Shown: positions 1 to 15,060, counted from the stretch's first letter. The stretch: 64,000 bases of DNA from Tubiluchus corallicola (GCA_030141605.1 JAQGDQ010000096.1:434001-498000); one strand, 5' to 3'. Translations and numbers: made by a program. Notes: generated from the letters alone by a model not told the origin.

Positions 1-530
1 ATGTTTTTGTTACATAGGTATAACTAATTTCAACAGCAAAAAAAATTAAAGAATTTCGCAAGTTAACAAAGCTAAACGGATCATACTACACGTAATTTCA
101 CAAACATGTTAACATCTGCCCTCCTGTTGGTTTTCTGGTTGGTTCTATGGCTTATTGAAGAGCAGTTTTCACTGGATTATCATCCAGTCTAAGTATATGC
201 TCTAATCCATCTTTAATTGCACTATTTTATTTTTCTTGTCAAAGGTTCCTCTTTTACTTTTTCACACAGATGTTAACATATTTAGATTTCGCCCAGAAAG
301 ATTTAAACTCTTCAGCACTGATCCTTAGAGATAAAAGAATCTGATGCATTGCAGCAAGTAGGGAGTCTTGGCATAAAGAAGTGAACAGAATCAAGTCCCT
401 GAACGTGTGATTCATTGGATGATGAGCATGATGATTTCAGATTATGATCTAGTTCAACCAGTATTTATGCAGACTATAAAATTTAGACTATTTGTTAAAA
501 TTGTTAAAATGTTAAAATGTTAAAGCATAC

Positions 531-3500
531 CTCAGCAAACATGTAAATGCTGCAATGGCAGCTAGAGACACCTTGTTGTGATTATGTGAAACACCCTGCA
601 GAAACAACTGTAGACAATCAGAAAATGTCACATTGATGTTCAGCAGGGACAGATTCTCTGGTTGCCTGTCAAAATTACCAAACAGATCATGAAATAAAAT
701 TAAAATTTTCTAAGTTTTATCAAGCTAATACCGTGAAAATCATAGGAACACATGATCAACATATGTGACCCAGCTAATCTTTATATTTGCAATTAATTTG
801 TGAAAGCTTGGCTTGGTAAAAAAACAAAAAATATTGTCTACTAACTATCTCTAATTTCACAAGCAATATTTGCACAACGTAGTACTTAGCAACTTACATG
901 CAACGCTCAATTAATGCTAAAACCACAAAAACTTTAAATTATTTCTATCCGGCTGCAATTTGCACTATAAACAGTAAATTTCAGTAAATCTCCAATATCA
1001 AATATCTACGTCACTGTATAACTGATTGAATTATTTGTGTTAATCTCCTTGTTGTTTCCATAAGTTGTTGCAGTACGTAAAACTACATAAATGTCATTGT
1101 ATGTATTATGCTGTAATGACATAAATTGCTTGCTAACTTACTTAGATGAAGATGCAATGCTTATGGTATTACTTTATGATTTATGGTATATGCCATGGGA
1201 CTGGCATCGGATTCAAGACTCATTCGGAAACTCTTACATCTACGTCCTAAGATGTACATTACTTAGCAAACCCCATTCTGAGGCTGTGTGCATCTCTGCA
1301 GCTTGTGATGCAACATTTAATAATAATAATAATAAAGGTCTTTTTATTTAACATTACTGTCTGTAGTCACTGTAATTTTACATTAAAATGTACCTTTTTA
1401 CAAAAAAACATCAAATACATCAAACATCAACTACTAAGAGGAAAAACGATCTTGACATAGACATTATTAAGATAGCAAGAAGATTATTCACTGGCTTAGC
1501 AAGACTCATACCTACAGCTTCAGATGTAGATCACTTAAATTAGTAATTTCCATTCTGAGGCTGTGAATGTATCTGCAGCCTATGATGTAAATCATTTGGC
1601 AAGCTCCATTTTGACGGGGTGAGGTGATAAACTCACCAAAAACATATGTATTGTATATCAAATGATACTCTAAATTAAGATTTACCTCTGTAAAATAATT
1701 TTGATCAAATCTAACCCATTCACAATTGTAGTGTTTTTTTTCTGTAAAAAAGCTTCTGTTACTGAACGTAGGATGGCTTCTATTCCATAAATAACATGGC
1801 ATTTTGTGAAAAAATCGTCTGTGTTTGCAAAAAGCAGCAGACAGCAAAGCAAGGACCTAAAAACAATAAATAGCTGGAAATCTTATAATAGCAGGAAATA
1901 AGAAATTCTTTCAAATCTCATTATATAACACAAACATTTCCAGTAAGTCACATCAATTTGCTTTATTCAACTGCCAATTTTTAATTCAATTCAATTAATT
2001 TATTTGCTTATAAATATACACATATACATCAAATGTACTCATACAAATCAGAGGAATATAAAACAGCCAATTCTTAAAATATGAAAACACTGGCATTCTA
2101 GTGCAAGAAAATACTCGTAGCTAGTAGCATTAAAACCAATTAAAACAAATAATAGCAAAAACTTAAGCACAAACAAAGTTTTACAAAATATTGTGCAACG
2201 AAAGGAAAACACAGCAAAAGTGTTAAAAAGATTAATATTAATGCACCAGAAATATTTCATAGAAAACAATTTATGTTCAGTACTCACCTTAGTAAAACAT
2301 CGTTTGTTGTAGCAAGTGCTTCAAACATTACTTCAGCTATGTCTGCTTGAAGAAGCGAAATTGTATGATCAGAACTTGATGTAGAGTTTAATAGGGTTGT
2401 GATGCAACAAACTGTCATGATGCGTACTGTATCACTTCTAGAAAACAACATTTCTTTTTTAAATTAATTCTGGTTTCCCCAATTTTTAACACCTTTTATG
2501 GAACCTTGTGGCTAATGCTGGCTTTTGAAGAACAACTAAGGTGAAAGCACTATAACTTCAATTGTGCCAGCACCCCCCTTTACTCATATTGGTTACATAC
2601 CACATGTGACATAAGCTTTACTATTTACTGTTAAGCTCTGCCAAATCTGGGCTTCCCTGTTGGAGTCAGCTGTAACATTACAATTTTAAGCTGAAAAGTT
2701 TGCTGCTGTAAAACTTACTATACTGTTTTAATAAATAGAGTTTATTTTTACTAAACTGCAGCAATAGTTGTGATTTTGTGTTAGTGACTTTGCTCTAATA
2801 ATAGAAACGAAATCTACAAAAAACAATACGCATCTAACTTTTAATGAATGTACAACACAACAAATTACTGAAATTTTACTTCAGTGTCACTGAAGATACT
2901 ACAAAGGCCTGACATAATGTATAACAACATTAATCAATTTTACTTCAGCAATACTGCATATACTAAAAAGGCTTGATGAAACTATAAACCTGGATAATAA
3001 GGCTTTCTTCATTGCCATTGCAAAACTAGCATCTTCTGCATTTATGTTTAGCACAGTATTTGCCAGGATATCATTCTTCAACCAACATTCTAGTAAACCT
3101 AAAACCAAAGCATATAATAAGCAATAAGATTAGCTAAAAAAATTAAGCTTCTGATTCAAAAATTTTTTAATATAAGCCAAATAAATATTAATGTCATGAA
3201 TTTCACAAGCCCTTCCATTTTTTATAAAACTTAATCAGTTATGAGACATTTTCGAAAAAAGCCTTTTTAGTGGACATAATTGACAATCTTAGTTTATGTA
3301 CCACCAAACTGACCAACAAATGAATAAAATGATTATTTCCTTCTTGTAAGGAAGCTATCAGCATTTAATAAAAACAATTAGACTGCTCACCAAGCAAGCA
3401 AAGTTGGAGACTTTGGTTACTGCAGCTTTTTAACATAACTAACGTATGTTTTGCAACCTGCAAGTACACAATTACCATATCAGCATTAAGCACATGCAGC

Positions 3501-3815
3501 ACATTACATTAAAATAACCTTTCAACAAATGTCAAAAAACTGATCAGAGCAGCATTAAAAATTCTAGCATGCAGATCAAGAACTAAAGCGATTTCATTTT
3601 AATTAGTTTGCATTTAAATTATAATATTATATCACGATAGATCTTATGAGGCTCATATCAGTTTTTTGCAGGATATACGAATTTAATTTCTCTTTCAAAA
3701 ATGTTGCAAAATTGTGTAACTGAATCTGTTAAATTGTAAAAAATAATATTTGATAAAATATGTCATTGATTGAAAAAGTAATATAATATATTTCTCTCCC
3801 TCCCTCCCTCCCTCC

Positions 3816-3867
<52 letters not shown>

Positions 3868-6800
3868 CTCTGTCTTTCTCTCTCATACATATATATATAT
3901 ATATTTGCTGTATGTATATATACACACATATTTATATATACAGTAAAAATGCAACAAATATAAAAAATCAACCTGAGCATTTATATGATTTAATGAATTT
4001 ATGTCGACTGAGTTACTAGATTCTTCACTTTGTGATACAATAATACTGTAAAACAATTCAAATGTCTTCACAATAGGTAACCTCACTTCATCCTCGATGT
4101 ATGATAGACCATTGCACATATACTGCAGTAAGTTAGCTAAAACAAAAATATCACTGCTTATAATTAGCATCTCTATACAAATGATACAAAACAATATCAC
4201 AGCACTTGTTAAGGATGACAAACTTTTTAATTTTTCAGTGAGATGCAGAAACATGTACTATTAATAGCGCACTATAGGTAACATGTTTTGATGCAAAGTA
4301 ATAAAAAATATTTCAGTGTTTTGGCTTGATTGTTAGAAATTGGCACATTTTACCTGAAAATAAATAAAATGCCCAAAAATTTTCACATGTTGTTATGTTG
4401 GGGGACTTTTTTATATTTTTCAACTTTAGAGTAAACAAACAACTAACGAACGCTAAGAAACCAATGCAATAAAACATTAATTCAATTTGGAAATTACAAA
4501 GGAGTAGCACTCTGTCTTATTTTGTTAGTGATTCTCAGTTTTCCATCTAGACAATTGTCTGCATCACTCAAGTCTTATCTACTATTACTAGCAGTTGCTA
4601 TGATTGGCAAGAGACTGTCAAATAACAATTAAATATTTTTTATAAAAGGAAATTCAAACACAGGTTTTCAGGCATACTAATGTGCATACTTTTTTGCATT
4701 TATGACATGATGGAGGTCTAACATTATTAATATTGTTCTTTTTTCTCCTGAGTGTTGTTGCTATTGTTATTAACACGCAAATGTGGTAGTAAGATTCAGT
4801 GTAAATGGGTATTGCTAGCTGTGTCCTAAAAGCCTATGAGACATAATTCATACATTGCTTGCCACATTATCAACTATATAGTTAGTTAGGAAGGTAGCTT
4901 TTCGTGCATAAACTGGTGGCAGCAATTAACTAAGTTTTCAGCTAAGAGCATTCAGTACACCATAGAACACTATTCAACCTTAATAAATTCGTACACCCTT
5001 CTTATCTTGTATACTGATATCTGAATATCATTAATCACCCACTTTACTGTCTCACCTATCATATCCCTATATCATCCGCCCCCCAACTAATTTTTGGCAA
5101 TTTTTCCTTGCACGTTTTACTTCCTGTTTTACCACCAATAATATGAAGTTATGTCATATTTCTTAATGATTTTTAATACTGTGACTGTCTGCGAGGCTTT
5201 TGTATAGGTTCTTTTTATAGACCTGTTAGCCAATCACTTAGTACCATTATAAGATTTCAGCTGTTCACGTATGTATTGTTTCAATTTTCTGTGTACTAAT
5301 ACAGTTTAAACCAAGTCTATGAGAGTCCAGTTTGCAAGTGATGTGATAAGACAATATGTACACACGAGCAGCAATAACAATAATAATCTTGCTTAGGATA
5401 CAGTCCACGGACAACATCTAAAGTAACTCAATATTTACTTCCAAGGTTTCCAAGATGGTTTCATTTATTATTACTAATTATCAAAGTAAACATTCTTGTT
5501 TGATTATTTATGGTTGGAATAAGCATTTGATATAAAATTGTTAAATCACCCAACATGTATTCCCGTAATTACAACAAAAGCGGAGTTCAAGTGTTACAGA
5601 AAAATGTGAAGCTGTACTTACAATAAGCAAAAATAATGATGTTAGCAAGATTCGGCAGCTCTTCTAAAAGACGCCCAATGAGATGAACTACACCAATGGA
5701 GCTAGTATAGTTGCTCTGCTGTTCACACTAGAAAATACAAATTTCTCTGATTTGTTATAAACTGTTCAAAAACACTCACTGAAAATAATTTTTCCAAAAG
5801 AAAACAATGTAATGCTCTAATTTTGGCTAATCTTTAACATTTATATAGCAATTGCGAAAATTCTTGCAAAAAGGTGTTCTTCTTATCAATCCAAAATCCT
5901 AATAATATAACTCACATTCTATTGCCAAATGCCCATACTCATAGATATAATACTTGCCACTATCTGAAAAACCCCCTACCTAGATGCAGAACAGAGAGAT
6001 ACAAGAACAGTTTTATCTCATATGGTTCATTTAATTTCCAAACATAAGTTTAGACACATTTTAATTTATTTTGTTCATGTATCTTGTAACAGTGTAATAG
6101 TGCTTGTTACTGTACATTCTACCATGCTTATTTTTTAAAAAACTCATATATTCAACCATTTGGTTGTAGTGATGATAAATAAACTTATTTTTATAAACCA
6201 AAAAAGATACTAAAATATTGAAATGCTATCATAAATGATATGACGGAAAGAAAGAACTCAGATAAAAAGTGATATCATCTCATAAAGATTACTGAGACAT
6301 TCCCAGAAACAAATAATTCAAAACTTTGAAGGAAAAGAGGCCTTACCTCTACATGTAATCAACAGAAACCTACCCTGTTGATGGTTATATTGAGAATATG
6401 CAACACCAACTTTTCAGATTTTACTCTATAAAGCAGCTGAAAGATAACTGAAACAGATAATATAATAGTTTGCATCATAAAAATGTGAACAGTAAACAAG
6501 GAACATTCAAACATGCTTACGATCATAAATGAACTACATTGCACTTACGAAAAATATTTCACTATCATTCAACAAACAGTTAACAGTCAAATTTAGGAGG
6601 ACAGCTTTGAAAAATTGTGAACCACCAGAATTTGAACCCAGAACTTTGTGGTTTCAGATCAAATGCTCTACCAATTTGTGCTGACCAAAACATGTCTGAA
6701 TACTCTATCAGCTGGTAAATACTAGCCAATATGCTAGCATTTTAACAAGCTTCAGTACTGGTTATATTGCAGCATTTTATGCTCTTCACGATACTTTACA

Positions 6801-9800
6801 ATAACGACAAACATAACAACATACATTGAATGCACTTATGTACTTACTATTTAAATACAGTAGCATTTCATCTTTGCATCAAGCTCATATTTTTGACTCA
6901 ACAAAATTTGTTGTATAAAAATCAGAAACATAATTTTCAAAAGTCAAAATGAATAAAAAGAGGGTAAATTATTCACCTTCCTGGACCATAGTAACCAGAG
7001 TGTTATCAGTGGCAAATAAGTACTCTGAAAAAAATAAAAACGAATTTCCTTTAATTGCAGTTTTAAAGATTCTGGAGCTTCCACAGGTTTGCAAATTGGA
7101 ATAGACTAATTCTAAGTGGCTGGAAATACCAGTGGATGCTTTTCTATTAATACAAGATATGAAAAGAAAAATGAGCTTTCAGCCCTTAGTGCCTCCAGTA
7201 GTGTCCCATAAACACTGGCCTGTTACTAAACTACCAATGTTACAAGACTAAACAATGGCCATAAACATTACTAGACTACCAATATGAACAAGAATTATGG
7301 TGGTATATGCGCAGTTAATATGTAAAGTACCGGTACTCTGGAAAAAAATAAAAACACATTTCTTTAATTGAAGCTTTAAAGATTGTGGAGCTTTTGCAGG
7401 GTTGCAGATGAAGAACAGATGTGTGACTAATTTCAGTTGTTAAAGCTACCAGTGGATGCCTTCCTATTAATATAAGATATGAAAAGAAAAAGAAAATTTC
7501 TGCTCTTACTACTTTCAGTATGTCCCCCCCCCCAAAAAAAAATGATTATACAGTGTCTCAGTTTGTCAATAAGTGCTTCATCTAAGAACAGTATAGGTCA
7601 CTGTGAGTAGATGATGTAAATTCACTAAATTGCAATGGTATAATGCAAACACAAAATGATTTAGGCAAGGTGACATTTGCACTTAAAAATACAAAACTTA
7701 ATAAGTAAAAAACGAACGATATGTAAAATGTGATTTTTGGGATAATGTTTCTAACGTATGAAGAATTGGGGATTGAAGTACCTCAGTGAGAATAAAATCA
7801 TTCTGACAATGTCCAGACAACATCATTCACATACAAGCAAAATGTTTGTATGTCATAAAGCTTGATATGTAGAATTTAATAAAAGATGCTTTCAATTTAC
7901 AATTAAAAAAAAATTTAAAAAACAATTTTTACTGCGAGTGGAAGTGTTTCTTTTTCTTGTCTAATAGCACATAGTACTATAAGCAAGGCTGGATTATGAC
8001 CTTTTGGGGCCCCTAGGCTGACGAAATTATGGACCCGCTCAGACTGAGCTAGCCTGTAAAACCAGTGATGCATGGCCACCCTAAAAACGGCCCGTATGTC
8101 AAACGCCGTTCAGCAGTCGCCGTTCGCTAGATGTCAAAAGATCTGATACACGAGACCATCTGTATAAAAGAAAGTGCGGCAGTAATGATGGCCATACTAC
8201 CAAGCATTTCACCACCATTTAGTTTTAGTACTTGTGGCTAGGGTTTTAATGTTGAAAATTAGATCTATAATCAGTTATTTAGGAGATTATCTTGTTTTTA
8301 AACACAATTTTTGTGTCACTACTAGGTTTGCCACCACTCCTGATTTTCTGGAGTGTCCTGAAATTCAGCCATACATCCATACTTCAGTCGGATTTTTGAA
8401 AAATGTCGAAATCTTCTGATGGAAAGTGGAAAAAGACGGAAATACGTCTTGCATGAACCGCTGCATAAGACTAAGCTAAAAGTGCAGAATTTTTGTTAAG
8501 TAGAATAGTAAAATTATTAAATCAAATTTAAATGGCTACATGATTTCCGTTTAATGCATGATGCAAGTATTCTTCCGGTTTAAGTTTAATTCACTTAACA
8601 TAAGCCATCTATTTACGTACAGCATTCATGCATGTAGTGTTCCAATATGTCGCAGGAAAAGCAAAAACCAATGCTTAAATACTGATCCCTGACTGGAGCC
8701 GGCCAGCCAGCGCACGACGTACAAAATAGAACTCATATTTTATTTTAGGACGGCTGTTGTCTTCATGGCCACTTTAATAAATTCCATCTAATTTGGCGGC
8801 CGTGTATCGTTGGCTTAACTCACCCGCCCATCTTGAAAATTTTTTACTCGCGATGTATTTTAGTGACCTTTACGTAACTTGAAGTAAACTTATAACAAAC
8901 TCTTTAAATAAATTAGAATAGCTATCTTCTGTCTGTCAGTAAAAATATTCTTTAAGAAATTCCATTATTTTACTATTTGTTGCAAACCAGATAGGACTAG
9001 GTTTAAGTGTAGCAGATATTGCATTCTCTGTTAGCACATATATCAACACAATCGTAGTGAAAAAACATTTTCGGTCAAATATTACCAAGCTTGAAGGGCC
9101 AAAACGCTGTAGCCTATACTACCTTATAGGACAATTAAACGCTGAATACACTGTACACAATACATTAGCATATATGTGTATTTACGAGTTCTTTTAATTT
9201 CGTAGAAGGTAGAAGTAGTATTGTCTATTATTAACATTGAAAATATTGATGCATATTTATACATGCACAATAGATAAACATCTGTGCATGGAACCAGGAC
9301 CACAAACACAGTGTAAATACAAAACTCTCTGACTAACACACACATTTCTAGAATTCTTGTCAATGATACAGTCAGTAGCAAATCAGACTCACTGGTAAAA
9401 AATTAAGAGAACCACATGTGCATCTCACCTGACAGTAAAGTGAGCAAGTGTTCAGCAACAAGTGAGTCTTTCTTTAATACATCAGCAAATGCATCACCAC
9501 TATCTCTGAGTGCTTGAACTAGTGAGGAAACAACCATTCGCTTTTTCACCATCAACACATCATCACTTTCTAGCAGCTCAGATGCACAGGCAACGCAGAT
9601 GTAGGAAACCTAATATAGAAGAATTGCATTGAAATATATTTCTATATTTAGCACTGCATCCAATTCCATTCCAAAGTCAATTTCCAGTGGACCTCAAATG
9701 AAAAATGACTTTGGAAAGTTTTGGAAATTAGCGAACTAATGGATGAAAAGAGACAGTAAGCATTCTACTTTAGTAGAAGTTCAAAAAATCTCAACAATCA

Positions 9801-10443
9801 TCAACAGATTACAAGGAAAATGTGACACAGTATACGATGGGCAATCATACACCAGTTTCCACATTGCAAGCAACTCTGAATCGGCAATATGTGGTTAGGG
9901 AAAACTAACATTTGGATCTTAGCAGCTTCACCCTGCAAAACAAGAAAGTGACACAGTTTCAGGTCTCAAGTTTCTAAAAAATAAAAGTACTAGTTGACTG
10001 GCAAAAGTGGTGCAACTGTAAGCAAACATGACTAGTAAAATAGATTATTCAGATAAATGCTGACCTAGGGGCAGAGAAATTGCAGGATCGGTTATATTAT
10101 TGTGTCATACCAGATTCTAAAAATGGTAGTTTTTGTTTCTCTGTCAAACATGAAAAACTACCTGGGCAGTATGCTGGCCTGCCATTACTAGACTACCAAA
10201 ATGAATAAGAATTACTAATATTGTGGCATATTCACAGGTGATGACTGCACATGGCTGCAGTTTTGGCAGCAAGACTATGCATCCACAATGTAAACATTGT
10301 TACTTACTTCATTCCATTGATACAGATTTGAACTTGGAAAAATATAGTAAAAACTGTACCTGTCCAGATGTTGTTAATGACCATACAGTGGCATGATCCC
10401 TGTGACTGGAAGACAATAAGCTCAAACCACCAACAAGTTCCAT
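531..10443 (-). CDS. MEI1: Meiosis inhibitor protein 1 (MEI1)-like, 5' part (~430 aa); gene presumably continues beyond the left edge
   Basis: Phase-consistent GT-AG exons: 10360-10443, 9429-9609, 6977-7024, 6374-6447, 5622-5727, 3973-4136, 3391-3457, 2990-3098, 2288-2437, 1686-1856, 531-665. Peptides ICVACASELLESDDVLMVKKR, LLQADIAEVMFEAL, FFTKCHVIYGIEAILRS and RQPENL are colinear with recalled vertebrate MEI1 (LCLACALELL..VRKK, IHADIPEFLFEHL, FFSKCHTVYGIEAVVRS, RQPEEI). Confidence 0.85.
3793..3882. repeat. (CCCT)n/(CT)n microsatellite followed by (TA)n
   Basis: Directly visible; explains the ERERER pseudo-ORFs at 3695-3980. Confidence 0.95.
6619..6683 (-). mobile_element. Degenerate tRNA-like (SINE head) fragment
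   Basis: Reverse complement agcacaaattggtagagcatttgatctgaaaccacaaagttctgggttcaaattctggtgg has A-box (TGGTAGAGC) and B-box (GGTTCAAATT) like motifs but poor stems. Confidence 0.5.
7020..7530. repeat. Diverged direct duplication (~190 bp x2: 7020-7207 and 7333-7525)
   Basis: Shared blocks gtactctg(g)aaaaaaataaaaac, taccagtggatgc and ctattaata(c/t)aagatatgaaaagaaaaa. Confidence 0.85.
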
Positions 10444-10640
10444 TTTAACCAAAGGTACCTCTGTCTCTAGTTAATGTGCATGTAAGTAATTATATAATAT
10501 CCTTATTAGTGCATAATTTGTACACTTTAAGTTTGTTAATTAATTAGCAGTCGTCAAGTTAAATAGACAACAACATTAACACTATTTACATACATGTAAT
10601 TATACATGTAAAAAAGCCTTTCAATAGTCTTTAATTCTTA

Positions 10641-11285
10641 ATATGTGTGCTTGTGTAGCAAAACCGTCCATAAATCAGCAATAGCTTTTTTAGTTATTCA
10701 CATATCCTGAATCTATATTTCATGAGGATCATTTTAAATACCAAGCTCGTTGCTCTACATTATTTCCAAGCTGAGATAATCCACAATGAAGTTCAGGTGC
10801 AGGCTACGCACTGAAAACATAATCTTGAAAAAATTGTTGTTAAAATTAGCCATTGTTTTTTGTGGCATTTCTACAAAACACTTAGCAACTGCACAAATGT
10901 TGGTTGGTATGCACTTTGCAAGAACACATTAAAGTCATGTTTAAATCCAGTAGATGGCGAAGATCTGGGTTTGACACAGAAAAAACCCGAAGCAAAATTA
11001 CATCTTCTAGGAGCTACTATCCGAGTTTAAAAATATGAGTTTTTTACAATTGCAGTATTGGCTTTTAGGCAGAGAAGCAGGTAGGGGGTTGTAAAATTAG
11101 ATTTTTAGTATTTTTTTAACATTTCCTGATGATTTCATACAGAATATAAAAATTCAATATATTTAGCATTTGTTTTTGTAAAAAAACACATTTGACTAAA
11201 TTTTTGGTGCATTCTACTTTGAAGCATCATAACATAGATATAACTATGTCACTTATGGATGGTTTTGGTTTGCAAGCACACATAT
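10641..11285. mobile_element. MITE-like element with imperfect ~30-bp terminal inverted repeats
   Basis: Left atatgtgtgcttgtgtagcaaaaccgtccataa; reverse complement of right end atatgtgtgcttgcaaaccaaaaccatccataa. Confidence 0.65.
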
Positions 11286-12739
11286 CTGAAATACGTTTAT
11301 TTACAGCGAACCATAATACGTCCCAGCTCATTTTCTGCTAAATAAAGCGGCTTTTCTGGCTTTTTTCCTTACAAAACAACGAATAACCATAATCATTAAA
11401 ATTGACCTTCCTTTCAGCTTCAATACTCAATCTGGCCATGTTTATTAGTCGTCCCTATGTACCTGAGGAAATTTTTAACCTGTTTTGGTTTGCTGGATGT
11501 GTACTCTGCAGAAGCAACAGTAGCAAACACACATCTGTTGGTAGGGCATCTGATTCAGATCGACACGAATATTGGTCATGCCAACGCACAAAATTTAATA
11601 TTTATGGGCCCTGGGGCAATGTACCAGCTACATCCCCGTCTCCTTGTGCCTGCTTCTATCTAAAATAAACATTTCTTGACCATATTAGCGTATACTATGT
11701 TCTCTTACGTTAAGTTACCAATATGATAGTTAATGAAAACATATTAAGTTAACCACATAGAAGTATATAAACTGTTGACATTTAACGACACACTCAGATA
11801 TCTTACATTAAATCTAATGATGCTCTTTGAGTCATAATACAGTTTATAGAGGCACTGTACCATTTAATTTGTGGAATTCAAACACCGCTTTATGAATCTC
11901 AGACTTCTTACAGAACCGTCCTAATGCGAACTGTTATACTGCATTTTTGTAACATTAATGATTGCTAATAAACAATTAATGCCATTACGAATGTGAATTA
12001 ATGTTGCTTTGCACGTCGGGAATTGAAAGAGTGGCAGCACAGACAATATCAGAAGGTACCTCCTGCTGAGCATCCACACAAAGCTATATTTAGGTTTAAA
12101 AAGGGTACTACTATTTTATTACTACACTTGCCTTATTGGGATAACTATAACATACTGTCAATTAATACTGTAACATAAAACTCTTGAGATAGCATAAATA
12201 GCAGACGACTTTGAATGCCATGCTAGACTTTAGCAATGCTCACGTTGAAATGTTGAATCGCAGAAGAAAAGCACGCAAGCGATGATCGCATATCAGTACA
12301 TATATTCGTTGTAATTTCATTCTTTTGTCTAGCCAACAGGCCACAGAGACTGATAGATTGGACTTTTTTGCCAATTATAATAATTATAATAAAAACCGCA
12401 TTAACTATTGATATCGTTCAACGTTTGATTACTATAGCTTTAGAAAAGTTTACAGAACTGATTTTAAAAAGTACTAAGAAAATAATTGTTGTAATTTTTA
12501 CAACGTAACTATGTAACACCCAAGAAAACAAAACAAATCAAATACTGGTAGCAAATGTTAATAATGTAGGAATAATGTCAGCAGGAATAAAACTAAAACT
12601 TTATGAATTACATGCAAAACCATCACAATTCTGAAGCTTGGTCAAACATGAAAAGAAATGAGTTTGATGAATGAGAAAGCATTTAAGGCAAGTCAATAAG
12701 AAGGTTCATATGTTGGGAATGACTTAAACTACAAGTTAC

Positions 12740-13270
12740 TGGGGGGGGGGGGTTTAATATCAGAATTGGGAATTTGGCCAATTGAAGAACGTATTTGCCA
12801 CAAATGATTTATGCTTTACAAGACTCTCCTAATATCAGGAAGCGAAAGTTAGCCAGCAAAGTTCTAGTGCAGCAAATGAAATACTGGCATGATGATAAGT
12901 GGCATAGTGAAATTGAAAAAATAGCAAAGATTTATGGTATTAATATTGACAAGGAATAATTATGTGAAAAATCAAAAGAAATCCGGAAAAAATGTGTAAA
13001 ATTTAAAATAACATATGTGATACAAGACAAATGCCGTGAAAATATAAACAAGAGCGCATAACTAAGATTTCTGGAAAGTAATAAATGGCCTTAGAAGGAT
13101 TATTTTACAACATTCAGTCATGTAGAAGTTAAAAGTATTTTGGATTTAAGGCTTTATATGGTCAAAGTAAAAACAAATTTTAAGGGTTCATTTATAAGAA
13201 ATTTAATGTGTCATGCGCAGTTAGTGAATTAGACACAACAGAACATTTATTTACTTGTAGCAAATATAAA
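12740..13270 (+). mobile_element. Decayed non-LTR retrotransposon ORF2 C-terminal fragment
   Basis: Broken frames give SELGIWPIEERI, LRFLE, LDLRLYMVKVKTNFK and DTTEHLFTC; same type as the minus-strand fragment at 38425-39300. Confidence 0.65.
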
Positions 13271-14939
13271 AGGATTAGAGAAAATGTAGTGGAGAGAACT
13301 ACAAGTGCAACAGCTGATTCATCAATAAGAAGATTTCTGTTATTGTCAGGTTTGGTTATTGAGTAAAAAGGAAACTGCAACAAAAATGCAATTTTGATTT
13401 TTACGCAAATTTGAGTGCTAAAACATAATGAGCAATAAATATGACCAGTAGAATCACATTGCTTGAAAAATTTTCTAGTGATAAGGTGAGGCGCGGTCAC
13501 TTACTTCAATGGTTCAGTCTTGATCCTCGTTTCAATAATCAGCAAGTGATCTGAATAAGATTAAGAACAACTGCTGGATCTATATACTACTAATAATTGT
13601 ATTCCTAATAAGTAAGTAGCTACTTATCACATTTTGCTTAACAGTGCATAGACATGGACAATTTTTATTTATCTCCACAAAATACACATTTTGCAGGGTA
13701 AAAGCAAAAATTAGTTACATATATAAAAAAATTAAAATCATTCGGAGGCAGTGTAAGTGTGAAGAGGTCAGAAGATGCATTACAGGGGGTGTAGGAAAAG
13801 GGTAGCGAGGGACGAATTGGTCATCAAGTCAGTCTTCCTTCTGCAATTAAATTAATGAAAAGTTTTAGGCACTGCAAAAATTAATAGAGCAAACTGAAAA
13901 CAATGAGTGACAATTTAAAAAATATGCCTACAGAACGTGCAATAATAACAGACATGTAATTTGACTAAGTAGGAGCAACACAAAAAATAATACAAATATA
14001 ATCAAGTAAAGAAAAGAAAAAAATTAATTAAATAATTCAGCTTTGTGGCAAAAGGGAAAAAGTTAATATAAATAAATAAAGAAAATAATTAAAATAAACA
14101 AGAACAATATGTACCTTCAAAATATGTAATCAAAAAGAAAGAAAATTAAATATAATAAACCAAAACAGCATGATTTAGCTTCGACTATGGTTCGACCTTC
14201 CTTTTTCTTAGCTGTAAAAATAAAAATTAAAAATCCACAGTAATAATAATTAGTAATAGATTAATGAAAAGAGAAAGAATAAAGATAATTTGTAAAACAT
14301 TGCCTAATAGTAAGAATTTAGTTAGTATCTAAGTAGCTAGATATCAGTTATAGTTATGTATTAAGTAGCTATAAGTACCATTTTAAGCTCTGCAGGTAAA
14401 CTGTTCCAAAGTAAATCACCTTGATATACTAGAGATTTTTGCCCTTGTGTTGAACATGTAACAATAATAACATAATCAAATTCAATAGTTGTAAATACAT
14501 GCGCTATTATCAGCAAAATATGATTAATCTGTTAGGTGGAATTTGGCATTTGAAATTATTACATTTTATCTAAGAGATAATAAATGTATATATTTATAGC
14601 ACATTTGAGACCTTACAAATACTTTAGACAATTAATTTATCTTTTGTGGGGTAAGTGATTAGTCATATAGATCGTTGTTATAGCGATGAACAGCAAACAA
14701 AATTGATAGATAGCAGTGTTACTTTGATAAATATGATAAAACGCATTGTTAAGTGATAATTGAGATGCGCAGTAGGTGCATCAATGACCAAGCAATCAAT
14801 ATGCATGTGTGTCTCTCTCTTGTTTCACATCACACTTCAGTAAAGACTCTCTTTTATGTATTATGGATTCCTCTGTTTCTGTACATTTGTAGTTGTAGAG
14901 CACTCATATATTCCTGCTATAACACATAACATGTGATGT

Positions 14940-15060
14940 GAGAGGGATAGAGAGAGAGAGATAGAGTGAAAGTGTGAGTGCAAAGGCAAGAGAGAGAGAG
15001 AGTGAGAGTGAGAGGACAACAGAAAGAGTAAGAGAGAGTGAGAAGAGAAAAAGAGCGAGA
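14940..15060. repeat. (GA)n-rich imperfect microsatellite ~300 bp upstream of the SMARCC ORF
   Basis: Directly visible GA/GT dinucleotide run; explains pseudo-ORFs at 14861-15271. Confidence 0.9.

Noticed and set aside
1-480. Further MEI1 exon
   Set aside because: Could not find a phase-compatible open exon with MEI1 similarity.
3695-3980. ORFs with RERE repeats
   Set aside because: Translation of a (CT)n/(TA)n microsatellite in a MEI1 intron.
6619-6683. Functional tRNA gene
   Set aside because: Stems do not pair properly; SINE-like or pseudo-tRNA only.
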